This document shows positions 1 to 10,963 of a stretch of DNA of 64,000 nt, one piece after another. Position 1 is the first letter of the stretch, and every line of letters starts with the position of its first letter. Under the pieces are notes generated by a model. The model searched no databases. It saw only the letters and a list, made by a program, of their open reading frames with translations, and was not told the DNA's origin. Source of the stretch: Chloroflexota bacterium (GTDB lineage: Bacteria; Chloroflexota; Limnocylindria; Limnocylindrales; CSP1-4); assembly GCA_040389445.1 (NCBI GenBank), contig JAZJZX010000002.1, positions 256,102 to 320,101 on the forward strand, given 5' to 3'. The position numbers and the translations under genes were made by a program.

Positions 1-360
1 ATCCAGCCTTGGGACCGAAGCGTCCTCGGCGCGATCGAGAAGGCGATTCTGAAGAGCGACATCGGGCTCATGCCCAACGTTGACGGGACCGTGGTCCGGC
101 TGAACATCCCGCCCCTGACCGAGGAGCGACGACGCGACATCGTCAAGGTCGTCCATCGGCGCATGGAAGAGGCCAAGGTCGAGATCCGCAACGTCCGACG
201 TGATGCCGCTGACCAGCTCAAGAAGCTGGAGCGGGACGGCGAGGTCGGTTCGGATGATGCCCATCGCTTCCTCGATGCGATCCAGAAGACAACGGACGGG
301 TACATCGGTGAAGTCGATCGCGTCGGCGCCGCCAAGGAACAGGAGGTCCTGGAGGTCTAG
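1..360 (+). CDS. frr: ribosome recycling factor, 5-prime truncated at window edge (frame 1 reads IQPWDRSVLGAIEKAILKSDIGLMPNVDGTVVRLNIPPLTEERR...)
   Basis: Characteristic RRF C-terminal sequence; ORF runs to the window start; followed by uppS as in the conserved frr-uppS-cdsA arrangement. Confidence 0.9.
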   Translation: MQPWDRSVLGAIEKAILKSDIGLMPNVDGTVVRLNIPPLTEERRRDIVKVVHRRMEEAKVEIRNVRRDAADQLKKLERDGEVGSDDAHRFLDAIQKTTDGYIGEVDRVGAAKEQEVLEV

Positions 361-1154
361 TGGCTCGGGCACCCCTCGTTCGGCCGACCGACGCGCCCCC
401 GACGGCCCACGAGACCGAGATCGCGATGGACGAGGGCCGATCCGCCGCGCTCGACACGACATCCGTCGACCCGGCTGTCCCTCGTCACGTCGCGATCATC
501 ATGGACGGGAATCGACGCTGGGCCAGGCAGCGTGGACTCGACGAACTCGAGGGTCACCCGGCCGGCGTCGAGGCGATCAGGACGGTCCTCCGCCATGCAC
601 GACGGCGCGGCATCAGGGCGTTGACGCTGTACGCGTTCAGCCGCGAGAACTGGGCACGCAGCGACGACGAGGTCAGGGCGCTGTTCGGGCTCCTCGAAGC
701 GGCGATCCGCGGCGAGACGGACGAACTGCGCGCCCAGGGCGTGCGGGTCCGGATGATCGGGCGCATGGAGGAGCTGCCGGCCGCGACGCGTGCCTCGATC
801 GACGATGCGCTGTCCGCGACGGCCGGCGGCGCCGAGATGCTCCTCACGATTGCGTTCAACTACGCCGGCCGCACCGAGCTGGTGGATGCCATCCGGCGGA
901 TCGTGGCATCGGGCGTCGCTGCCCAGGATGTCGATGAGGCCACCGTAGCAGGGGCTCTCTATACCGCGGGAACGCCGGATCCGGACCTCGTCATCCGGAC
1001 GGGAGGCGAGGAGCGGCTGTCCAATTTCCTGATCTGGCAGTCGGCGTATGCGGAGCTCGTGACCACCCCGACGCTGTGGCCCGACTTTGGTGCCGAGTCG
1101 CTCGACGCGGCGCTCGAGGCCTACGCCTCGCGCCAGCGACGTTTCGGGCGCTGA
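360..1154 (+). CDS. uppS: undecaprenyl diphosphate synthase (isoprenyl transferase)
   Basis: [13 protein letters not shown] substrate-binding motif; conserved ...[21 protein letters not shown]... C-terminus. GTG start overlapping the frr stop is uncertain; alternative ATG at 426. Confidence 0.85.
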   Translation: MARAPLVRPTDAPPTAHETEIAMDEGRSAALDTTSVDPAVPRHVAIIMDGNRRWARQRGLDELEGHPAGVEAIRTVLRHARRRGIRALTLYAFSRENWARSDDEVRALFGLLEAAIRGETDELRAQGVRVRMIGRMEELPAATRASIDDALSATAGGAEMLLTIAFNYAGRTELVDAIRRIVASGVAAQDVDEATVAGALYTAGTPDPDLVIRTGGEERLSNFLIWQSAYAELVTTPTLWPDFGAESLDAALEAYASRQRRFGR

Positions 1155-1161
1155 TCGATTC

Positions 1162-1992
1162 ATGCTCAACGATCGCATTCGGAGCGCTGCCGTCCTCGTC
1201 CCGCCGCTCCTCCTGGTCGTGTGGCTCGGGGGTCCGTGGCTGTCTCTGCTCGTGGCGGTCGCCGTCGGCTTTGCTGCCCGTGAAGTCTTCAAGCTGCTCG
1301 AGGCGGCGGGTCATGCGGCGTTTCCGGCGCTCGGCGCGGTCCTCGCGATCGTCGTGGCGGTCAGCGATGCCATCCCGTCGCTGCCCTCCGGTTCCGGGCT
1401 CCTCCTGGCGAGCGTCGGGATCCTGCTGACGGGTGCCGCTGCCCTGACGCGCGAAGATCCGCGGGAGGGCCTCGCCGGGTTCATGACGACCACGTTCGGT
1501 GCCCTGTACGTGGGCCTGCTCGGGTTCGTTCCGCGGCTGGCAGACCAGGCGCCGACCGTCGCCGACTCGGCCCCGCTCGCGGTCCTCGGTGCGGAGCGTG
1601 GTTGGCTGCTCCTGCTCGTCCTGGGCGTCTGGGCCTATGACTCGGGGGCGTACCTGGTCGGCCGGCGCTACGGGCGGCGTCGGTTCATGCGCCACATTTC
1701 GCCGGCCAAGACGGTCGAAGGCGCGATCGGCGGCACGGTCGCCGTGACGATCATCGCCACCTTGATGGTGGCGGGGCTTGGATTCAGCCCCGTTCACGGC
1801 CTGGTCCTGGGACCGATCATCGCGGCTGCTGCCCAGGCCGGCGACCTCGTGGAATCGATGCTGAAGCGGGCCGCGGGGGTCAAGGATTCGGGCCTCCTCA
1901 TCCCCGGCCACGGCGGCATCCTTGATCGTCTCGACTCATTCCTGTTCGCCGCCCCCGCCGTGGTCCTGTACGTCCTCGTGGCATTCCGCTGA
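1162..1992 (+). CDS. cdsA: phosphatidate cytidylyltransferase
   Basis: Multi-TM protein with the CdsA signature region ([33 protein letters not shown]); position after uppS. Confidence 0.75.
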   Translation: MLNDRIRSAAVLVPPLLLVVWLGGPWLSLLVAVAVGFAAREVFKLLEAAGHAAFPALGAVLAIVVAVSDAIPSLPSGSGLLLASVGILLTGAAALTREDPREGLAGFMTTTFGALYVGLLGFVPRLADQAPTVADSAPLAVLGAERGWLLLLVLGVWAYDSGAYLVGRRYGRRRFMRHISPAKTVEGAIGGTVAVTIIATLMVAGLGFSPVHGLVLGPIIAAAAQAGDLVESMLKRAAGVKDSGLLIPGHGGILDRLDSFLFAAPAVVLYVLVAFR

Positions 1993-2008
1993 TCCGGAGG
2001 ATGGGATC

Positions 2009-3223
2009 ATGAAGCCGTCGGAGCCACGGGTGCGCGTCGTCCTGCTCGGATCAACGGGATCGATCGGGCGCCAGACCTTCGACGTTCTGCGGCGTGATCC
2101 GCGGTTCGAAATCGTGGGACTCGGCGCGGGACGCAACGCCCGGCTCCTCGGCGACCAGGTGCGGGCGACCAATCCTGCCGTCGCCGTCCTGGCGGGGGAT
2201 GCCGACGTCCACGCGCTGGGCCCCATGCCCAATGGAACCCTGATCCAGGTGGGGGACGACGCACTCACGGATCTGGCGGCGCGCCGTGACCTCGACCTCC
2301 TGATCGTGGGAACGGGAGGCATGGTCGGTCTGCGGCCGGTCGTTGCGGCGCTGGGTGCCGGCACGCCGGTCGCGACGGCCAACAAGGAAACCCTGGTCGC
2401 GGCCGGCCACATCGTCATGCCCCTGGCCCGGGCGCTGGCTTCGGCCCGGGCGGCGGTTGATCCATGGGATCCGCTGGCCGGTCCGCTGGCCTGGGTCCGT
2501 CCGATCGATTCGGAGCATTCCGCGATCTGGCAGTGTCTGGCCGGCGAACGGGCGGATTCGATCGCTCGCCTGATCCTGACGGCCTCGGGTGGCCCGTTCC
2601 TGGATCTGGACTGGCAGCACCTTGCGGCGGTGACGCCGGCGCAGGCCCTTCGCCATCCGACATGGTCGATGGGGGACAAGATCTCCATCGACAGCGCCAC
2701 GCTTGCGAACAAGGGGCTCGAGGTCGTGGAGGCACACTGGCTGTACGATGTTCCGTACGACATGATCGACGTCGTCATTCACCCCCAGTCGGTCGTGCAT
2801 TCCGCCGTCCAGTTCGTCGATGGTTCCGTGAAGGCCCAGCTGGGGACCCCTGACATGCGCTTGCCCATCCAATACGCCCTGACCTACCCGGAGCGTCGGC
2901 CGTCGCCGGCCGTGGCGCCCGATCTGGCCTCGCTCGGGCACCTGGAGTTTCGTGCCCCGGATGTGGCGCGCTTTCCAGCGCTTCGGATCGCGCGCGAGGC
3001 CGGTCTCCAGGGACCCTGGGCCACGGCTACCCTGATCGCCGCCGACGAGGTCGCCGTCGCCCGATTCCTTGCCGGCACCCTCGACTTTCCCGGCATTCCG
3101 CGACTGATGGAACGGGCGATTGCGCTGTTCGGAACCCGCGGCGGCCCGCCGCCCGTCATCGAGGATCTGGTCGCACTGGATCGACAGGTCAGGGATCGCT
3201 TCGCGACCGGGCCGATCGCATGA
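2009..3223 (+). CDS. dxr: 1-deoxy-D-xylulose 5-phosphate reductoisomerase
   Basis: N-terminal LLGSTGSIG NADPH motif; Dxr core motifs (HPTWSMG, IDSATLANKGLEV); RBS GGAGGA upstream of ATG 2009. Confidence 0.9.
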   Translation: MKPSEPRVRVVLLGSTGSIGRQTFDVLRRDPRFEIVGLGAGRNARLLGDQVRATNPAVAVLAGDADVHALGPMPNGTLIQVGDDALTDLAARRDLDLLIVGTGGMVGLRPVVAALGAGTPVATANKETLVAAGHIVMPLARALASARAAVDPWDPLAGPLAWVRPIDSEHSAIWQCLAGERADSIARLILTASGGPFLDLDWQHLAAVTPAQALRHPTWSMGDKISIDSATLANKGLEVVEAHWLYDVPYDMIDVVIHPQSVVHSAVQFVDGSVKAQLGTPDMRLPIQYALTYPERRPSPAVAPDLASLGHLEFRAPDVARFPALRIAREAGLQGPWATATLIAADEVAVARFLAGTLDFPGIPRLMERAIALFGTRGGPPPVIEDLVALDRQVRDRFATGPIA

Positions 3224-4326
3224 TCGAACTTGGCCGGACCGTCGTCACGATCGTCCTGTTCTTCGGAATCCTCGGCGCGCTCGTGGTCATTCACGAACTC
3301 GGCCACTTCATCGTGGCGAAGCTCTTCCGGGTGCGGGTCCTGGAGTTCGGGATCGGATTTCCGCCGCGTGCCAAGGTCCTTCGCGACGTCGGGGAGACGG
3401 TCTATACCCTGAACTGGCTGCCCATCGGGGGGTTCGTGAAGCTCGAGGGTGAGGATGGGGACGACGCCGACGACCCGCGTTCCTTTTCTGCCCAGGGCCT
3501 GCCGAAGAAGCTCCTGATCCTCGTTGCAGGCGTGGTCATGAACGTGGCCCTTGCGGCGGCCATCTTCACGGGGATCGCCCTGACGGGTGATCCGGCGATC
3601 GGCGTCTACGTCCCGTACGTCGAGCCGGGGTCACCGGCCGACACCGCCGGGATCCAGGTCGGTGACGTCATCGAGCGGGTGGACGGGCAGGCCTTCGGGG
3701 CGTTCGGGCCCGGCTCGGTCCTGGGCACTCTCCGCGACAGCGCCGGCACGACGGTGACGCTGACGATCCGTCGCGCGGACACCGTGATGAACCTGCCCGC
3801 CACCTTGCGCGCCCCGGAGCAGGTCAATGAAGGCAAGGGTGCTCTCGGGATCGGCAAGGTCGGCACCCTGCCGCTGGAACCACGCTCGACGCCCGACCGC
3901 ATCCGGTATTCGGTGGATGTGGCCCTGGCGCTCGGCGTGGAGCGCACCGAGTCGGCGATGCGGCTCATCGTGGACGGCGTCGGCCAGCTTGCGACGGCGA
4001 TTGTCACGCGGCCGACCGAGCCGCCGCCGGCATCGGGACCGATCGGCATCGCCACCCAGATCGGGGACATCTTCTGGACGCTCGGGCCCATCGTGACGCT
4101 GTACCTTGCCGGCATCCTGTCGGCCAACCTCGCGGTCGTGAACATCCTTCCGTTCCCGCCGCTCGATGGTGGCCGGATCCTCATCCTCGTTCTGAAGCGG
4201 ATGGCCGGCTCACGGCTGTCGCTGCGGGTCGAGCGGCTCACCTATGTGGTGGGCTTCGCGATGTTGCTGGCGTTTCTCGTGTGGGTGACCGGGTTCGACA
4301 TCGCACGGGGTCTCGCCGGGGGATGA
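3220..4326 (+). CDS. rseP: RseP/Eep-family site-2 zinc metalloprotease with PDZ domain
   Basis: [10 protein letters not shown] zinc site; PDZ region; C-terminal LDGG motif; TM helices; ATGA overlap with the dxr stop. Confidence 0.8.
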   Translation: MIELGRTVVTIVLFFGILGALVVIHELGHFIVAKLFRVRVLEFGIGFPPRAKVLRDVGETVYTLNWLPIGGFVKLEGEDGDDADDPRSFSAQGLPKKLLILVAGVVMNVALAAAIFTGIALTGDPAIGVYVPYVEPGSPADTAGIQVGDVIERVDGQAFGAFGPGSVLGTLRDSAGTTVTLTIRRADTVMNLPATLRAPEQVNEGKGALGIGKVGTLPLEPRSTPDRIRYSVDVALALGVERTESAMRLIVDGVGQLATAIVTRPTEPPPASGPIGIATQIGDIFWTLGPIVTLYLAGILSANLAVVNILPFPPLDGGRILILVLKRMAGSRLSLRVERLTYVVGFAMLLAFLVWVTGFDIARGLAGG

Positions 4327-5573
4327 CCACGCCCGACCGCGTTCGGCCGATGCGGCGCCCGACGGTCTCCGTCGACGTCGGAGGGGTGCTCGTCGGCAGC
4401 GCCCATCCGATCGTCGTCCAGTCGATGACGAATACGGACACAGTCGACGCCGACGCCACCGCGATCCAGGTGGCACGGCTCGCACACGCCGGCAGCCAGC
4501 TCGTACGGGTCACGGTGAACACCGACGCCGCGGCCGCGGCCGTTCCCGAGATCCTTCGCAAGCTCGCCGATCTGGGGGTCGCGGTCCCGATCGTCGGGGA
4601 CTTCCACTACAACGGCCACAAGCTCCTGATGGATCATCCGGCGACGGCAGCCGGCTTGGCCAAGTACCGCATCAACCCCGGCAACGTCGGCGCCAAGCGT
4701 CACGACGAGCATTTCCAGACGATCGTCCGCGTTGCCATCGAGCACGACAAGCCGGTTCGGATCGGCGTGAACTGGGGCTCATTGGACCAGCAGCTCCTGA
4801 CGGCGTTGATGGACGCGAACGCGAGGCTTGCTGCACCTCGGGACGCCCGCGACGTGATGATCGAGGCGATGATCGAGTCGGCGATGCGGTCGGCCGAGCT
4901 CGCAGAGCAGACCGGTCTGCGGCACGATCGGATCATCGTCTCGGCCAAGGTGTCACGGGTCAGGGACCTCGTGGATGTCTATCGCCTGCTGGCGACCCGC
5001 TCGGACTACCCGCTGCATCTGGGCTTGACCGAGGCCGGCCTCGGCATGAAAGGCGTTGTGGCGTCGACCGCCGGGATCGCGATCCTTCTCGAGGAGGGGA
5101 TCGGGGACACCATCCGGGTGTCGCTGACGCCGGCCCCGGGCGGAGAGCGCGAGGAAGAGGTTCGCGTGGCCCAGCAGATCCTTCAGTCCATGGGCCTGCG
5201 CGCATTCCTCCCGCAGGTCAGCGCGTGTCCGGGTTGCGGGCGCACGACCTCGACGTTTTTCCAGGAGATGGCGGAGCGAATCCAGGCGCATCTCCGTGAC
5301 CGGATGACCGAATGGCAGCAGACCCGTCCGGGCGTCGAGGAAATGACCGTTGCCGTCATGGGCTGTGTCGTGAACGGTCCGGGCGAATCGAAGCACGCGG
5401 ACATCGGGATCAGCCTGCCGGGCACCTTTGAGGACCCCGTCGCCCCGGTGTTCATGGACGGGAAGCTGGACCGGACGCTGCGAGGAGAGGGCCTGGTGGA
5501 CGAGTTCATCGACGTCCTGGAGGCCTACGTGGCGCGTCGCTACCCGGGCGACCCGGAGCACGTTCCGGCATGA
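4323..5573 (+). CDS. ispG: 4-hydroxy-3-methylbut-2-en-1-yl diphosphate synthase (GcpE)
   Basis: IspG TIM-barrel N-terminus ([12 protein letters not shown]) and C-terminal 4Fe-4S cysteines (CPGCGRT ... GCVVNGPGE); ATGA overlap with rseP. Confidence 0.9.
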   Translation: MTTPDRVRPMRRPTVSVDVGGVLVGSAHPIVVQSMTNTDTVDADATAIQVARLAHAGSQLVRVTVNTDAAAAAVPEILRKLADLGVAVPIVGDFHYNGHKLLMDHPATAAGLAKYRINPGNVGAKRHDEHFQTIVRVAIEHDKPVRIGVNWGSLDQQLLTALMDANARLAAPRDARDVMIEAMIESAMRSAELAEQTGLRHDRIIVSAKVSRVRDLVDVYRLLATRSDYPLHLGLTEAGLGMKGVVASTAGIAILLEEGIGDTIRVSLTPAPGGEREEEVRVAQQILQSMGLRAFLPQVSACPGCGRTTSTFFQEMAERIQAHLRDRMTEWQQTRPGVEEMTVAVMGCVVNGPGESKHADIGISLPGTFEDPVAPVFMDGKLDRTLRGEGLVDEFIDVLEAYVARRYPGDPEHVPA

Positions 5574-5599
5574 CCGCCGTTCGACGGTCCACGGGTCCG

Positions 5600-5612
5600 G
5601 GTGTATACTCCG
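5600..5612 (+). promoter_or_regulatory. putative -10 element (TGTATACT) in the nusA leader
   Basis: Extended -10-like TGtaTACT at 5602-5609, about 90 nt upstream of the nusA start. Confidence 0.3.
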
Positions 5613-5641
5613 GCCCGGAATCGAATGGCCGCCTCCGAAGG

Positions 5642-5668
5642 ACGTGGGTGACCCCCACGTATTTTTTT
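5642..5668 (+). terminator. intrinsic terminator/attenuator hairpin in the nusA 5-prime leader (ACGTGGG-tgacc-CCCACGT followed by ATTTTTTT)
   Basis: Perfect 7-bp GC-rich stem with a 5-nt loop followed by a 7-T run, 25 nt before the nusA start. Could terminate ispG and/or act as a NusA autoregulatory attenuator. Confidence 0.5.
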
Positions 5669-5693
5669 CGGGCGACCGAACCGCAGACGGACA

Positions 5694-7139
5694 GTGATGG
5701 AGGGCGATGCGACCGTGAGTCGAGATTTCATCGGTGCCCTCCTCCAGCTCAACGCTGAGAAGCAGGTCCCGCGCGAGCAGTTGATCAGGACGGTCGAGGA
5801 CGCGATCGCTTCCGCCTATCGGCGCATCGCGAACGAAGAGGACATCCACGTCGAGATCGATGCCGACAGCGGCAAGATTCGCGTCTTCCGCGCTCGAACC
5901 GTGGCCGCGGACGTGGAGGACCCCCTCACGGAATTCACGCTCGAGGACGCGCGGGCCGTCAAGCCGGACGCCCAGATCGGCGAGCTCGTGGAGACGGAGC
6001 AACTCGATGGTGACGTGTTCGGGCGGATCGGTGCCCAGACCGCCAAGCAGGTTGTCCTGCAGCGCCTTCGGGAAGCCGAGCGGGACGTCGTCTACGACCA
6101 GTTTGCGAGCCGCGAAGGCGAATTGATCACCGGCACGGTGAACCGGGTCGAACCGCGCGCGATCATCCTGGATGTCGGCAAGGGCGTCGAGGGGATCCTG
6201 GCGACCACCGAGCAGTCACCGCTCGAGCACTACCGGATCGGACAGAACGTCAAGGCGTTCGTGCTCGAAGTGCGACGCCTGCCCAAGGGTCCGGCGCTCT
6301 TCGTGACGCGGACGCACAAGGGCTTCCTCAAGCGCCTGTTCGAACTCGAAGTCCCGGAGATCCACAGCGGTACGGTCGAGATCCGGGCGATCGCGCGTGA
6401 GGCCGGCAGCCGCAGCAAGGTTGCCGTGGGCTCGCGCCAGGAGGGCCTCGATCCGGTCGGCGCAACCGTCGGGCAGCGAGGCTCGCGCGTCCAGGCGGTG
6501 GTCGCGGAGCTCGGCGGCGAGAAGATCGACGTGATTCCCTGGAATGACGACGCAGCCGCCTTCGTTGCCAATGCACTCTCGCCGGCCCAGGTCCTGTCCG
6601 TGGATATCGATGTCGAACACCGGATCGCGAACGTGACGGTGCCCGAGCGGATGCTCTCGCTGGCGATCGGCCGGGAGGGTCAGAACGCCCGTCTCGCCGC
6701 GCGACTCACGGGCTGGCGGATCGACATTCGGAGTGACGTGTCGGTCGCGGAGGCGCGGGCCGCCGAGGCCGCGGGATCGCCCGACGCCCCTTCGACGCCG
6801 ACGCCGGCTGCCGAGATTCCGATCGACATGGCCGATGCCGTGGCCGTCGCCTCCGTCGATCCTGCCACCGAAGTCGAGCCGGCGGCGGACGCAACCGTGG
6901 CTGAGGCTCCGGTCCGGAAGACTCGAGCCCGCGCGAAGAAGGTTGAGGCCGAGGAATCCTCGACGCCGGCCGTCGAGGAAGCCCCGGCCGGGAAGACCCG
7001 AGCGCGAACGGCCAAGGTCGTCGTCGAACCTTCGGGTCGTGCGACCGCGGAACCTTCGGGTGATCCAACCGCGGATGTCCCAATTGCCAGGACGCGAGCG
7101 CGCACGAAGAAGGTCGCCACCGAGGAGGTGGCGTCGTAG
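5694..7139 (+). CDS. nusA: transcription termination/antitermination factor NusA with an unusual Ala/Pro/Glu-rich C-terminal tail carrying three basic TRAR(A/T)KKV repeats
   Basis: NusA N-terminal domain, S1 and KH1/KH2 sequence (…GRIGAQTAKQVVLQRLREAER…, …VAVGSRQEGLDPVGATVGQRGSRVQAV…, …AIGREGQNARLAARLTGW…). Confidence 0.9.
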   Translation: MMEGDATVSRDFIGALLQLNAEKQVPREQLIRTVEDAIASAYRRIANEEDIHVEIDADSGKIRVFRARTVAADVEDPLTEFTLEDARAVKPDAQIGELVETEQLDGDVFGRIGAQTAKQVVLQRLREAERDVVYDQFASREGELITGTVNRVEPRAIILDVGKGVEGILATTEQSPLEHYRIGQNVKAFVLEVRRLPKGPALFVTRTHKGFLKRLFELEVPEIHSGTVEIRAIAREAGSRSKVAVGSRQEGLDPVGATVGQRGSRVQAVVAELGGEKIDVIPWNDDAAAFVANALSPAQVLSVDIDVEHRIANVTVPERMLSLAIGREGQNARLAARLTGWRIDIRSDVSVAEARAAEAAGSPDAPSTPTPAAEIPIDMADAVAVASVDPATEVEPAADATVAEAPVRKTRARAKKVEAEESSTPAVEEAPAGKTRARTAKVVVEPSGRATAEPSGDPTADVPIARTRARTKKVATEEVAS

Positions 7140-7150
7140 GCGCGGGGGTC

Positions 7151-7453
7151 ATGACGGCCCCCGAGCGCAGGATCCCGACGCGTTCGTGCGTCGCCTGTCG
7201 GACGGCGCGTCCGAAGCGGGACCTCCTGCGGGTCGTACGCGCCCCGGATGGTGCCGTGGCAGCAGATCCGACGGGCAGGCTGAACGGGCGCGGCGCGTAT
7301 GTGTGCCGTGACCTTGCCTGCATCACGAACGCCTTGAACCGAGGCGCCCTCAGCCGGGCCCTCCATACCCCGGTCCGCGAGGGGCTCCGCGAAGAGCTCC
7401 TCGCCACGGACCCGCATCTGAAACTTGAAGGAGGAGCCCATGGCCAGGAGTAG
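7151..7453 (+). CDS. ylxR: YlxR/RnpM-family RNA-binding protein (DUF448)
   Basis: RSCVACRTARPKRDLLRVVR...GRGAYVC motif typical of YlxR; conserved position between nusA and infB. Confidence 0.75.
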   Translation: MTAPERRIPTRSCVACRTARPKRDLLRVVRAPDGAVAADPTGRLNGRGAYVCRDLACITNALNRGALSRALHTPVREGLREELLATDPHLKLEGGAHGQE

Positions 7454-9347
7454 GAGCGGCACCCGCGGCCGTCGTGGGCCCCGCAAGCCACCGCGTCGAG
7501 ATGGATCGTTCGCACCGGGCGGCGTCCAGACGCTGGACCCGCGCGAGCGTGGCGCGGTCGAGTTGCCCGCGACGATCACCGTCAAGGAGCTGGCAGAACG
7601 CTTCGGTGTCAACCCCGCGGACGTGATCCGCGAGCTCATCAAGAGCGGCATCTTCGCGACCATCAATCAGCTGATCGACCGCGACACCGCCTCGCTCGTC
7701 GCCTCCGAACTGGGCTATGAAGTCGCCGAAGCCGATGCGTCCGCCGGTGGCGCCGCGGGCGATGAGACCGAGGACGGCTCCTCGCCGGATGCCACGAAGG
7801 AAGAGCTCTTCACCGAGGACGACGACGCGAACCTGGTGGTGCGCGCGCCCATCGTCACCGTCATGGGTCACGTGGACCACGGCAAGACGAGCCTGCTGGA
7901 CGCCATCCGATCCACGACGGTCGCGGCGGGTGAACGAGGCGGCATCACCCAGCACATCGGCGCAAGCGAAGTGACGAAGGACGGCCGCCGGGTCGTCTTC
8001 CTCGACACGCCGGGCCACGAGGCATTCACCGCCATGCGGGCGCGCGGTGCCAAGGTGACCGACATTGCGATCGTCGTCGTGGCCGCCGATGACGGCGTGA
8101 TGCCCCAGACACTCGAGGCCATCAGTCACGCCAAGGCGGCCAAGGTGCCGTTGATCATCGCCCTCAACAAGATGGACAAGCCCGATGCCAATCCGGACCG
8201 GGTGAAGACCGAGTTGACCGAGGCCGGCGTGGTGGTCGAGGAATACGGCGGAGACACCCCGCTCGTTCCTGTATCGGCCAAGAGCCGGCTCGGGCTTGAC
8301 GACCTCGTGGACATGGTCCTGCTGGTCGCCGATCTCCAGGATCTGAAGGCGAACCCCAACCGACCGGCCATCGGCACCATCGTCGAGGCGCGCATGGACA
8401 AGAACCGTGGTCCGGTGGCCACCGCGCTCGTCCAGACCGGGACGCTTCGGGTCGGCGACATCTTCGTCGTCGGCGAGACCTTCGGGCGCGTCCGGGCGCT
8501 CGAGAACGACAAGGGCAAGCGCATCAAGGAAGCGGGTCCGGCGACGGCCGCGGTCGTGCTCGGGCTCTCCCACGTGCCCGAGGCCGGCGACATCCTGCGC
8601 GCCGTGGTGGATGAGAAAGCTGCCCGGACGATGGTTGAAGGCCGCAAGGCCGACATTGCGGCCCGGAGCGGCGAGGGGAGCGGTCGCGCGACCCTGGAGG
8701 ACCTCTACCGACAGATCCAGGCCGGCCAGGCCAAGGAGCTCCGGATCATTCTCAAGTCCGACGTGTCGGGCTCGCTCGGGGCGATCACCCACTCGCTGGG
8801 GCAGCTGGCAACCGACGAGGTCAAGATCAACATCCTGCACGAAGGTGCCGGAGAGATCACCGACAACGACATTCTGCTCGCCTCGGCCTCGAATGCCATC
8901 GTGGTCGGCTTCAACACGAAGATCAGCGACACCGCGCGACGCGCCGCCGAGACGGAAAAGGTCGACGTCCGGCTGTACGACATCATCTACCAGCTCACCG
9001 ACGACATCGAGAAGGCCCTTGGTGGCCTGCTCGAGCCGGAGCTCGTCGAGGCGATCGAAGGCCGGGCCGAGGTCCGCAAGCTCATCAAGGTAGGGAAGTC
9101 GACGGTCATTGCGGGCTCCTATGTCACGGACGGGCGGATGATCAAGGGCGGTGCCCGGGTCTGGCGCGGCGGCAAGATCATCGTCACGGACCGGATCGAG
9201 TCGCTCCGCCGCTTCCGGGACGATGTGCGCGAAGTGGCCCAGGGTTTCGAGTGCGGCATCGGTCTCGTCGGCTTCTCCGATCTGGCGGAGGGCGACGTGA
9301 TCGAGTGCTTCAGCACGCAGTCCGTGAGCCGATCGCTGTCGTCCTGA
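7440..9347 (+). CDS. infB: translation initiation factor IF-2 (short N-terminal region)
   Basis: G-domain motifs ([24 protein letters not shown]); IF-2 C-terminal domains; RBS GAAGGAGGAG before ATG 7440 (alternative TTG at 7425). Confidence 0.9.
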   Translation: MARSRSGTRGRRGPRKPPRRDGSFAPGGVQTLDPRERGAVELPATITVKELAERFGVNPADVIRELIKSGIFATINQLIDRDTASLVASELGYEVAEADASAGGAAGDETEDGSSPDATKEELFTEDDDANLVVRAPIVTVMGHVDHGKTSLLDAIRSTTVAAGERGGITQHIGASEVTKDGRRVVFLDTPGHEAFTAMRARGAKVTDIAIVVVAADDGVMPQTLEAISHAKAAKVPLIIALNKMDKPDANPDRVKTELTEAGVVVEEYGGDTPLVPVSAKSRLGLDDLVDMVLLVADLQDLKANPNRPAIGTIVEARMDKNRGPVATALVQTGTLRVGDIFVVGETFGRVRALENDKGKRIKEAGPATAAVVLGLSHVPEAGDILRAVVDEKAARTMVEGRKADIAARSGEGSGRATLEDLYRQIQAGQAKELRIILKSDVSGSLGAITHSLGQLATDEVKINILHEGAGEITDNDILLASASNAIVVGFNTKISDTARRAAETEKVDVRLYDIIYQLTDDIEKALGGLLEPELVEAIEGRAEVRKLIKVGKSTVIAGSYVTDGRMIKGGARVWRGGKIIVTDRIESLRRFRDDVREVAQGFECGIGLVGFSDLAEGDVIECFSTQSVSRSLSS

Positions 9348-9381
9348 CGGGCACACCTGCCCGCCAACGGCCGCACCTGCG

Positions 9382-9942
9382 ATGACGCAACGCACCGACC
9401 GCATCGACGAACTGATCCGCCAGGAGATCGGCGAGATCATCGCGCGCGAAATCTCGGATCCCCGCATCGGGTTCGTGACGATCACGGACGTGGAGACCAC
9501 CCGCGATCTGAGCCACGCCAAGGTGTCCGCCAGCTTCATCGGCACGGCCGCCGAACGCGCCCTGGCGCTTGCAGCGCTCGGGCACGCGATGCCGTTCATC
9601 CGGCACGAACTCGGCAAGCGCCTCCGGATTCGGCGCATCCCGGAGCTGCATCTCCAGGCGGATGACTCGCTCGTGCGCGGGACCAGGGTCCTCCAGCTCA
9701 TCAACGATCTGGGTTCCGGAGCCGACGCCTTGATCGCCTCGAGCCCGGAGGACACGTTGCCGACGCCCGTTGCACGACTGCCGCACGAAGGGGACGCCTC
9801 GGAGCCGGATCCGCCACCGGCGCTCCCGGACATGCCCGCCCATGCGGGCGGCGACCGACGGCCCGGCAAGCGCGGGCGAACCCGTGCGTCGACGGGGCCC
9901 CGCGGCAAGGCGACGTCGCATCGTCGGACGAACCGATCATGA
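9382..9942 (+). CDS. rbfA: ribosome-binding factor A with C-terminal extension
   Basis: RbfA KH-like core (RIDELIRQEIGEII...GFVTITDVETTRDLSHAKV) followed by a roughly 70-aa low-complexity tail. Confidence 0.85.
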   Translation: MTQRTDRIDELIRQEIGEIIAREISDPRIGFVTITDVETTRDLSHAKVSASFIGTAAERALALAALGHAMPFIRHELGKRLRIRRIPELHLQADDSLVRGTRVLQLINDLGSGADALIASSPEDTLPTPVARLPHEGDASEPDPPPALPDMPAHAGGDRRPGKRGRTRASTGPRGKATSHRRTNRS

Positions 9943-10961
9943 GTGTGCGTCTCGACCCCTGGTTGCCCGCGGTTCCGACCTCGGTCGTGGCCAGGCTGGT
10001 GAACGCGCGCAACGCTCTCGTCGTGAGCCATGAGAACCCGGATGCCGACACCCTCGGGGCGGCGCTTGGAATCCGCGAGATCCTCGCGGCGCGCGGTGTG
10101 CCGGCGACCCTGGTCTGCGCGGACGTCCCGCCACCCCTGTACAACTTCCTGCCCGGTATCCTCGAGTTCCGGACGGACCCGGATCTGAAGGAATCGTATG
10201 ACCTCCTGGTCATCGTCGATTGCGGGTCGCTCGATCGCGTGGGGGCGGTGCGTGATCGGCACCCCGACCTGTTCGCCGCCCTGCCGACCGTCGTCATCGA
10301 TCATCACGCCTCCAACGGTGCGGCCGGGCCGAGTGACTGGGTCGACCCGGGTTCCGCGGCCACGTGCGAGATGGTCGCCCTGCTGGCCGCCGCGCTCGGA
10401 ACTCCGCTGACGAGCGGCGCGGGCGCCCTGGCGACCGCGCTGATGGCCGGGATCGTGATGGACACCGCGACCTTCGCCCACCCGAATGCCACGCCGCGAA
10501 CGCTGGCCGTTTCCGCTGCGCTCGTCGAGGCGGGTGCGCCGCTGGCCGAGATCTCGCGCCTGCTGTACCGCTCCAAGCCGGATGCCCAGCTCCGCCTGTT
10601 CGGTCGTGTCCTGGATCGACTCCAGTCGAGCGCCGGTGGTCTCGTCATCCATTCGACCCTGACGACTGCCGATGTCACGGAAATCGGTGCCCTCAGCAGC
10701 CACTCCGAGGGGATCATCGACCTCCTGTCCCAATCCGAAGTGGCCGAGGTTGCCATCCTGTTCAAGGAGGCGGGTCCGACGACGACGCGCATCTCCGTCC
10801 GTACCAAGCCGGGCGGGGTCGACGCGACAGTCCTGACCGGATTGTTCGGAGGCGGTGGGCACGCCCGGGCGGCCGGAGCCAGCGTCGATGCTGATCCAGC
10901 GCAGGCCCGCGCGCGCGTACTCCCGGAAGCCGAGCGCCTCGCTCTCGCCGTTCGACGCTGA
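9939..10961 (+). CDS. nrnA: DHH/DHHA1 phosphoesterase, NrnA-like bifunctional oligoribonuclease / pAp phosphatase
   Basis: DHH motifs (HENPDADTLG, VIVDCGS, IDHHASN); DHHA1 C-terminal GGGH motif; ATGA overlap with rbfA. Confidence 0.8.
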   Translation: MSVRLDPWLPAVPTSVVARLVNARNALVVSHENPDADTLGAALGIREILAARGVPATLVCADVPPPLYNFLPGILEFRTDPDLKESYDLLVIVDCGSLDRVGAVRDRHPDLFAALPTVVIDHHASNGAAGPSDWVDPGSAATCEMVALLAAALGTPLTSGAGALATALMAGIVMDTATFAHPNATPRTLAVSAALVEAGAPLAEISRLLYRSKPDAQLRLFGRVLDRLQSSAGGLVIHSTLTTADVTEIGALSSHSEGIIDLLSQSEVAEVAILFKEAGPTTTRISVRTKPGGVDATVLTGLFGGGGHARAAGASVDADPAQARARVLPEAERLALAVRR

Positions 10962-10963
10962 CC

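Noticed and set aside
200-1292. Overlapping alternative-frame ORFs (200-937 plus, 357-1292 minus, 991-1911 minus)
   Set aside because: They overlap uppS and cdsA, which have clear family motifs. They are Arg/Pro-rich frame shadows.
7350-10862. 1170-aa ORF on the minus strand
   Set aside because: Entirely antisense to infB, rbfA and nrnA, which have strong homology support. It is Arg/Gly/Asp-rich low-complexity translation typical of GC-rich antisense frames.
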